NCBI GenBank assembly: GCA_041242255.1
Contig: JBESAV010000001.1
Coordinates: 192,001-256,000 of the forward strand
Length of the DNA: 64,000 nucleotides
Source of the DNA: Candidatus Altimarinota bacterium
GTDB taxonomy: Bacteria > Patescibacteriota > Gracilibacteria > UBA1369 > GCA-2718715
Direction of reading: 5' to 3'
In this document: in pieces, positions 57,656 to 64,000 of the stretch
Numbering within the stretch: position 1 is the stretch's first letter
Layout: each line of letters begins with the position of its first letter
Notes under the pieces: generated by a model
Database searches by the model: none
What the model saw: only the letters and a program-made list of their open reading frames with translations
What the model was told of the DNA's origin: nothing
Program-made: the position numbers and the translations under genes

Positions 57656-60640
57656 CTATTTTTCTTCTGTTATTTCAATTTCCGCCTTGTCAGATTCCAT
57701 TACATCTTTGATTCCTTTCTTTTTGTTATAAAGATACCAAGCAGTAAACAGTAGTATTAGAGCTAGTATTACAAGAGCAGGAGTAAATCCAGTAGGAAGT
57801 ACAATATATTCAACTACAACTGGCACACTGTTCGCGTTAGCTTTCTCTGCAAGTATCGTTACTTTATGACGGCTAAATGGCTCAATCTCAGCCACAGTCT
57901 CGTCAGGTGCGTATAGAACAGTCTCATCAGAGTTTGAACCAGTTATCGCTGAAGATCCAAACATAATACTCTGCCATAATGCTTTATGGTTAGTATTCAA
58001 CTCACTCTTAACACGTGCGCTTAAGCCACCGTTGTTGATCGTATTCATACTTACAAATGTCCAATAGTTAACACCATCTTCATTTGATTCGTATAGTCTG
58101 TTCACATCTTTCTCAGCAAAGCTAATCAAATTAGCTTCAATTAGTCGAACGCTATTTGATATCGCTAGTCCGTAATCTGGTGATTGTGTAGGAGTAGCAA
58201 CATCCCTACCATATACCAAGATATCATCACTTAAAGGTAAGCTTGTTCTGTTTCTTAAAAGGAATTTACCTGCCTCATCTACAGCTGCTATACCAAGTGA
58301 GTATTCACTATCAGCAATTACTGCAATAACCTCAACATTTTCAATAGATGAATCAGATACTTTACCGGCAATAACTATATCATCACTTCCATATCTAGAT
58401 TGTCTGTCTCTAGGTAGGTTAAGTTGGATAGTCGGTGCATCTTCATCTTCTTCAATAAACTCTTCACTTGGGTCACAGTCATATGACTTAGACTCTTCGT
58501 ACTCAATTTCAGAGTTATAATCTCCACATTCTTCAACTTCTTGAGATTGGTTCACTCTACCACCAGATCCATTTCCAGTAGTTAGGCTACCATTAAAGCT
58601 GATCTCTGCCTCTTCCTCTTCAGGTTGCTCTTCAGCAGTTTCTTCTTCAACAGGCTCCTCAGTAACTTGTTGTTCTTGAGGTTGTTCTTCCTCAACAGGT
58701 TGTGGTTCAGGCTCAGGAGTAACTATAGGCTGTTCTTCAGCAGTTTCTTCTTCAACGGGCTCTACTGTAACTTGTTCTTCTTGAGTTTGCTCTTCCTCAA
58801 CAGGTTCCTCAGTAACTTCTTGTTCTTCAGCAGTTTCTTCTTCAACAGGCTCTACTTCAGGGGTAGTATTTGATGCGCCAAAAGGATTTGATCCACCGCT
58901 TCCACTTGAAGATGATCCACTTCCACCAGAGCTAGGTGCAGGTTCCTCTACAACACCTACCAGATCATTTGGTAAGTTAAAAGATAAGTGTGTGAAGTCA
59001 TCCATTGAGTTATTTGCAAGATCCTGGAATACATCCGCATTTGGTGTAAATGAATCTGCTACTATATCCACACCATCCTCATCTATAAGACCAGCTGTAA
59101 CAACGTACGTAAATCCAAGTTCGTTATCTAGCAAAGTAGTATTAAGAGGGAAGTCATAGTCGGCTGTTACTATCACGCCACCAATGTCTAGGTCGATAGT
59201 TGATGTTCCATCTAGGGTCGCTTTGTTAACATCTTCATTCAGCTCTAGAATAGCCTCAATAGTATCACCTTCTTGGTGATTAGTTTCAACGTCCGCACCT
59301 CTACCATTATTTATGAATGGCCTTATACCATCAATTACAATATCTTTTGCAAATGAAAGTGATCCTACAATACCAGGTTCAGGTAAGTCTGTTGGAATAA
59401 CGGGTTGTCCTGGTCCAGTTTCAAAATAATAATCACCAACAAAGTTATCAGGTGCAAAGTCTTGATCTTTAAATTCAGCAGTACCAAGGTCAATAGCATC
59501 AGTTCCCGTATAGGATAGGTCAGATGATGAATCTCCTTCTGTTACTGTATATAAAAATCTCAGGAATGTTACAGGGCTACCTGGTCCAGTTCCTGCGAAA
59601 TTTTCATCAGTTCCTGTTGCCAGGTTGATTCCTCCTCCAGTAAAGGTGTCATCAGGTAGATTTTCAAGTGTTGCTTGTGATGTACCTGAATCAAGTTGTA
59701 ATTCTAAAGTAGGGTCCACTGTAGGCAATGGATCAAAAAACTCATCTCTAGGTTGATTGTAGTAAAAAAGCGTATCCGAATCAGATAAATTAACATCAAT
59801 GTTAATTTGATCACCAATACCATAAGTTTGGTCGGCATCTAGAGATGTTACATCTTCAGTCTCTCCAATATTAGTATTAGTAATTCTATATGTCTCAGTG
59901 CTTGATAGACCTCCGTCATCAGTGGCTTGAAGCGTTATATCATAAAAATCCACTCCGCCTCTATCTTCATAGTCGTAATCAGGTTGGAAGATTGTTAACC
60001 TAAAGTAAGTTCCCCCAAAACCATCGTCATATTCTTCAATAGATGGAGTAAATAAACCTGAACAGTCATCTGTGTTATTGTCTACACAGCTTACTTCTGC
60101 CACAGTTAGTGTGTCTGTAGTATCATCAGCATCAGGATCAAATAACATAGTCGTATTTTCAGAATAGAAGACTTGCCCATTATCACCTTGTTCTTCAAAT
60201 CTTAGTAATACAAAGTTTGCAGGGTTTTCAAAAGTAGGTGGCTCTGGTACGTCAGTAATATTAATTGTTATATCCTGAAAGATTGTAACTCCACCTGCTT
60301 CTTGTGCCTCAACACCTAGGGTGTATGATGCTCCAGCGTTAATGAGGTCATCTCTAACCAGCAAGATATCTCCGTTTGTATCAACATCAAATCTGAAGTT
60401 ACCAGGGCTAGATCCATCTGCTCCAGTCTCAAAAAATGTTATGTCTCCTGGGTCAGCATCAGTTTCTAGTGTTCCAACCACGCCATTAGTGGCGTTTTCA
60501 GGAACATCTAATATCGTGTCTCCAGGTGTCCCATCAACATATATTTGTGTTGGCGAGTCAGCACTAGCAACCATAGAGAAAGACATTGTCATCACTACAG
60601 TCAATAAAAAGCTAGTGCATTTCCTCAATAATTTTTTCAT
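57656..60640 (-). CDS. Large acidic surface protein with cadherin/Ig-like domains, Pro/Glu-rich stalk and C-terminal TM anchor
   Basis: Signal peptide; 'VPEN', 'ITDVPEPP', 'ATDDGGLS'; EPVEEE repeats; TM plus basic tail. Confidence 0.75.
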   Translation of the reverse strand: MKKLLRKCTSFLLTVVMTMSFSMVASADSPTQIYVDGTPGDTILDVPENATNGVVGTLETDADPGDITFFETGADGSSPGNFRFDVDTNGDILLVRDDLINAGASYTLGVEAQEAGGVTIFQDITINITDVPEPPTFENPANFVLLRFEEQGDNGQVFYSENTTMLFDPDADDTTDTLTVAEVSCVDNNTDDCSGLFTPSIEEYDDGFGGTYFRLTIFQPDYDYEDRGGVDFYDITLQATDDGGLSSTETYRITNTNIGETEDVTSLDADQTYGIGDQINIDVNLSDSDTLFYYNQPRDEFFDPLPTVDPTLELQLDSGTSQATLENLPDDTFTGGGINLATGTDENFAGTGPGSPVTFLRFLYTVTEGDSSSDLSYTGTDAIDLGTAEFKDQDFAPDNFVGDYYFETGPGQPVIPTDLPEPGIVGSLSFAKDIVIDGIRPFINNGRGADVETNHQEGDTIEAILELNEDVNKATLDGTSTIDLDIGGVIVTADYDFPLNTTLLDNELGFTYVVTAGLIDEDGVDIVADSFTPNADVFQDLANNSMDDFTHLSFNLPNDLVGVVEEPAPSSGGSGSSSSGSGGSNPFGASNTTPEVEPVEEETAEEQEVTEEPVEEEQTQEEQVTVEPVEEETAEEQPIVTPEPEPQPVEEEQPQEQQVTEEPVEEETAEEQPEEEEAEISFNGSLTTGNGSGGRVNQSQEVEECGDYNSEIEYEESKSYDCDPSEEFIEEDEDAPTIQLNLPRDRQSRYGSDDIVIAGKVSDSSIENVEVIAVIADSEYSLGIAAVDEAGKFLLRNRTSLPLSDDILVYGRDVATPTQSPDYGLAISNSVRLIEANLISFAEKDVNRLYESNEDGVNYWTFVSMNTINNGGLSARVKSELNTNHKALWQSIMFGSSAITGSNSDETVLYAPDETVAEIEPFSRHKVTILAEKANANSVPVVVEYIVLPTGFTPALVILALILLFTAWYLYNKKKGIKDVMESDKAEIEITEEK
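58610..58860 (-). repeat. Coding repeats EPVEEETAEEQ / EQQVTEEPVEE
   Basis: Three copies of 'tcttcagcagtttcttcttcaac' with interspersed variants. Confidence 0.8.
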
Positions 60641-60706
60641 AAATTAAAATTAACTAATCTATGAATTATAACAAAAAAAACACTTTTTTAAAAGTGTCAA
60701 ATTTGA

Positions 60707-60783
60707 TGGTCGGGGTAGCAGGACTCGAACCTGCGACCTCACGCTCCCAAAGCGCGCGCGCTAGCCAACTGCGCCATACCCCG
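60707..60783 (-). tRNA. tRNA-Pro(TGG)
   Basis: Reverse complement cggggta...cgcgc-tt TGG ga-gcgtg...taccccgacca. Confidence 0.95.
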
Positions 60784-60805
60784 ATGTCAAAATAACATGA
60801 GGATC

Positions 60806-61288
60806 TTATATTATGTCTTCGTAATAATCAATATCTAATTTCTTCAATATGTAATCAGTTTCCTTATTCATAAGCTCTTCTTCTGTATCATTTTCATGTG
60901 TATATCCACAAATATGTAAAAAACCATGTGTGATTAGGAATAAGACTTCTTGTCTTAAATCTTTAGATTTTTTATTAGCCTTCGCTACAACGTAATCATC
61001 TGATAGATAAATCTCACCAAAAATCTTATTGTCCTGAATGTCAGTTTCGTACATTTCCCATGATAGTACGTCTGTTACCATGTCTTTTCCACGCCTTGCA
61101 GAGTTTATCCCTTTTATCTGTAAGTCTGTTATGAAGTAAATCTCCAGAATAGCGTTAGTTGTCACTCTTGATAGATGAGGCTTGTATTCTGATAGGTACT
61201 TGTTAAGTGTTGTTTCAAATTCTATTAGAGTAAACTGATCCAACAGAGTTTCTAACGACTGAGACTCAAAATGTAAGTTTAGTTTCAT
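60806..61288 (-). CDS. ybeY: rRNA maturation endoribonuclease YbeY
   Basis: 'TDVLSW', 'GEIYLS', 'HGFLHICGYTH'. Confidence 0.93.
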   Translation of the reverse strand: MKLNLHFESQSLETLLDQFTLIEFETTLNKYLSEYKPHLSRVTTNAILEIYFITDLQIKGINSARRGKDMVTDVLSWEMYETDIQDNKIFGEIYLSDDYVVAKANKKSKDLRQEVLFLITHGFLHICGYTHENDTEEELMNKETDYILKKLDIDYYEDII

Positions 61289-61342
61289 GTCTTATTTGAT
61301 GTGTTTAGTTAAATATTACCCTATATATGTAAAAAGTGAAGT

Positions 61343-61800
61343 TGTCAGACGTGTCTGCGCCATGTCTTTTGTTTTAAGTCTTGTTTTTAAGGCATTTTTA
61401 TTTTGTCTGTCAGACAAAGTCGCGTCTGGCATTGACATGGCGCAGTCAATATAAGACAATAGCCTTAGTTTAAAGACATATGTCATGACAAGTCTCTACA
61501 GTATAGACAGGCAGAACGCTGCACGGATCCTTGGTGTGTCAGTCAGGACAGTCGACAGGTATATATCATCTGGTAAGATCAGAAAGGTCAAAAATCAAGG
61601 TAGGACATGGTTGTCTAATGAAGACATTAAGTCTATGGTTTCTGACAACGTTCAGACAGGTGCTGACAATGTCGCGTCAGAGTTCTTTTCGCAGACAGAT
61701 AAAGCACAAAGACAGTCAGATCATGTCTCAAATAACAATAACTCAGATAGCTTTTCTCAAGAGTCAGCATACAGAAGGCAAGAACCTCCAAGAGACAGTC
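61343..61800. repeat. Dense GAC/GTC (mostly GACA/TGTC) motif array
   Basis: About 40 GAC/GTC trinucleotides by hand count in ~460 bp; perfect 12-bp inverted repeat 61355-61366 / 61434-61445. Confidence 0.7.
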
Positions 61801-62159
61801 AGATGAATTACAAATCATTGTATGAAGAAGCAAAAGACGAGTTAGAAGAAAAAAATAAAAAACTGCAACAAGCCACTTACAGAATCGGACAACTAGAGTC
61901 ACAAGTGAAATCAATGATTCCTCAAATTGAATATGAAAAAACGCAAAAGTTGTTAAGTCAGAAGGTACAAAATGCAGAAATTATGCTTAGTCAAGAAGTT
62001 CAAAAAAGAGAAACTGCAACAAAAAAACTACTTGGAGAGCTTAAAATAAAAGAAAGTGAACTTGAAAGTGAAAAGTTCAACAAAGCTATTTTTGCTATTC
62101 TTCTGTTTTTAATAACCTTCACTTTAATTTTTGTTATCTTTCTTAATTACTTAAGTTAA
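61485..62159 (+). CDS. HTH (MerR/excisionase-like) plus coiled-coil protein with C-terminal transmembrane helix
   Basis: 'IDRQNAARILGVSVRTVDRYISSGKI'; 'YRIGQLESQV' coiled coil; ends 'AIFAILLFLITFTLIFVIFLNYLS'. Confidence 0.82.
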   Translation: MTSLYSIDRQNAARILGVSVRTVDRYISSGKIRKVKNQGRTWLSNEDIKSMVSDNVQTGADNVASEFFSQTDKAQRQSDHVSNNNNSDSFSQESAYRRQEPPRDSQMNYKSLYEEAKDELEEKNKKLQQATYRIGQLESQVKSMIPQIEYEKTQKLLSQKVQNAEIMLSQEVQKRETATKKLLGELKIKESELESEKFNKAIFAILLFLITFTLIFVIFLNYLS

Positions 62160-62338
62160 AAAGCTTCTCTGTTTTTTGTAAAGATCTCGAGTGTTGAATA
62201 AAAATAGTGTACAGATTTCAAGCTAACCTCAACAATAGGGGCTTTTTGTCATTCGCTTAATTAGTTTTCACATAGTCTATGCAATTCAAATAGATTTACA
62301 TTCATGGTAAAATCATATGATTTAATTAAATAAATTGT

Positions 62339-64000
62339 ATGTTTGCCCGCATATCAAAACCCAAAAACAAGCTGCAGAAGGTCCAGCTCAAAGCTTTAAT
62401 AGCACTGATATTTAGTTTTTGCCTACTTTCAGTAATTGACCTTCAAAGTAATAACTACGATGATTTATTAATATTCAAGTCAGAAGTAGCTTTTGCCGAT
62501 GTAAACGTAACTTCCTGTGAGCAGTTTCAAGGTACTGCTGCAGCAGGGACAAATCTTATCGATAACCCAGGTGAGACTTTTTTACTACAAAACGATATAG
62601 ATTGTGCTGGTGCTTCAATATCACCAATATTCCCAAGCAACAACAAGTTCACTGGTATTTTCGAAGGTAATGGTTTCACATTATCAAACTTCATTGTTCC
62701 ATCTTCATCAAGAGCCTCTTTATTTGGATATACAAGTAGTTCTACAATTCAAAATCTAACAATTAGAGACGCAGGTGTTACCTGTGATACAGGTGGTTAT
62801 TGTGCGGTCTTAATCGGGGATGATACTGAGTCAACAATTGATAACATAACCTTAATCAATACAACTTTAACCCAAAATGGAGGTAACGACCGTATGGGTT
62901 CTGTAATCGGTTCAGGTTTAGGTTCTCAGGTATCAAACGTAACTGTTGATGATTTTCAACTGACTTGTGATCAACTTTTTAGTGGATCCTGTCAGTATCT
63001 AGGAGGGGCTCTAGGGTTCATCAGTGACAATGCCACAGTTCAAGCATTTATTCAAAACGTAAGCGTAAACAACGCTACTATTTATGGACACGATAACATT
63101 GGTGGGGTTATAGGTTACATAAGTGAATCAAATGCTGATAATCTTACTGCTACAAACATCACCCTAGGGGGGCTAACAAATGTAGGTGGTGTAGTAGGTC
63201 AGCTTTTAGGTACAAATGGGTTAGAAGCTTATTTAGACAACTCTAGCGCTACAAACGTTACTCATGATCCTCAGGCTTACCTAACAGCAACTGGAAATAG
63301 TTCTACTAGTGTAACAGCTGTAGGAGGGTTGATAGGTACTGCCTCAAACTATACAAGTGTAAACTGTGGAGGAGAAACCACTAATTTCTACAACTCATCT
63401 TTGGCTAGTACAGTTAAGGTCGGAGGATTGATAGGTGATGCTAACTTTTTAGCTGCTACAGCCTCTGATGCTGTTAACTACACAGTAGAAAATTGTACAA
63501 CTTCTGGTTCTATCGAAGGGCGTACCTATCTTGGTGGAGTTATCGGTGAAGCTGCTGAAGGTAGATACAACAACCTTAACTCTACAGTAAACATTAAATT
63601 CACAGGTTCATCTCCTAATATTGGTGGTGGTATAATGGGGTGGTTTGATTTTTTAAACCCAGTAGAACCTGTTGGTTTAAGTAATTGTAGTTATACAGGT
63701 CAGATTAGTCTGGGTGACTATACAGGTACTACACCAAGTTACCTTGGAGGTATAGCTGGAGACTTAGATCACGCTTCTATAGATAATTGTACAGTTGATG
63801 TTTCCATACTTTCGCCAGAATCCATTTACATAGGTGGAGCAGTTGGAGCAGCTGGTGGGTCAACTACTGACTTAAATAATGTTATTTCAAATATTACTGC
63901 TAATGTTGAATTACAAGGTGAGCAATATGTTGGTGGTATAGTCGGACAGGCTACTGGTTACCTTCTCGATAATAATTCTGCTTCAGGAACGATAGATGGT
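62339..64000 (+). CDS. GLUG-motif surface protein, partial (runs off window end; absent from ORF track)
   Basis: ATG 62339 MFARISKPK...; 'LQNDIDC', 'FTGIFEGNGFTLSN'; repeated 'VGGLIG/VGGIVG/LGGVIG' motifs. Confidence 0.8.
   Translation, partial: MFARISKPKNKLQKVQLKALIALIFSFCLLSVIDLQSNNYDDLLIFKSEVAFADVNVTSCEQFQGTAAAGTNLIDNPGETFLLQNDIDCAGASISPIFPSNNKFTGIFEGNGFTLSNFIVPSSSRASLFGYTSSSTIQNLTIRDAGVTCDTGGYCAVLIGDDTESTIDNITLINTTLTQNGGNDRMGSVIGSGLGSQVSNVTVDDFQLTCDQLFSGSCQYLGGALGFISDNATVQAFIQNVSVNNATIYGHDNIGGVIGYISESNADNLTATNITLGGLTNVGGVVGQLLGTNGLEAYLDNSSATNVTHDPQAYLTATGNSSTSVTAVGGLIGTASNYTSVNCGGETTNFYNSSLASTVKVGGLIGDANFLAATASDAVNYTVENCTTSGSIEGRTYLGGVIGEAAEGRYNNLNSTVNIKFTGSSPNIGGGIMGWFDFLNPVEPVGLSNCSYTGQISLGDYTGTTPSYLGGIAGDLDHASIDNCTVDVSILSPESIYIGGAVGAAGGSTTDLNNVISNITANVELQGEQYVGGIVGQATGYLLDNNSASGTIDG

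Noticed and set aside
60768-61446. 10-bp match ATGGCGCAGT between tRNA-Pro and the 61437-61446 element as a possible att site
   Set aside because: Too short, from the tRNA 5' part rather than the 3' end, and no integrase nearby; probably chance
61343-61800. Possible CRISPR array or iteron set
   Set aside because: No constant-length repeat/spacer units, no cas or rep genes; motifs are only 3-12 bp
2009-61914. Numerous short (about 60-130 aa) ORFs overlapping or antisense to long genes
   Set aside because: Shadow frames of well-supported genes with no recognisable motifs
55843-62159. HTH genes as prophage or ICE excisionases
   Set aside because: No integrase, att repeats or phage genes; long coiled coils and membrane anchors are not excisionase features; neighbours are housekeeping genes
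1-64000. Alternative genetic code (UGA=Gly)
   Set aside because: Long genes are intact under code 11, def and umuC end in TGA at expected positions, and RF2 is present

Overview
AT-rich bacterial chromosomal window, probably origin-proximal. Gene content (S-layer-homology and DUF285 surface proteins, a TrbC/VirB2-like pilin, little metabolism, A-rich 5' leaders mostly without Shine-Dalgarno sites) suggests Patescibacteria/CPR, possibly Gracilibacteria/Peregrinibacteria-like; this is inference. An intact RF2 gene and TGA stops indicate genetic code 11. Core content: ftsZ 3' end, def, prfB, rnj, an oriC-like region (DnaA boxes, DnaA-trios, AT-rich tract) before dnaN with no adjacent dnaA, mfd, tmRNA, efp, class A PBP, rny, holB, infC-rpmI-rplT, recR, comM-yraN, dnaB, gdhA, ybeY and four tRNAs. 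Accessory content: a UV-repair cluster ((6-4)-type photolyase, umuDC, an unannotated DUF2256 ORF, class II CPD photolyase), cell-envelope genes, large surface proteins and a PPDK homologue lacking catalytic residues. The most striking unexplained signal is a pair of HTH/coiled-coil/membrane-anchor genes (55.8 and 61.5 kb) whose promoters share a TTGAC...AGTCAATATAA element, one lying in a dense GAC/GTC motif array. This may be a centromere-like DNA-to-membrane tethering system. All calls are by eye from motifs; no searches were run. No CRISPR array, integrase or transposase was seen.
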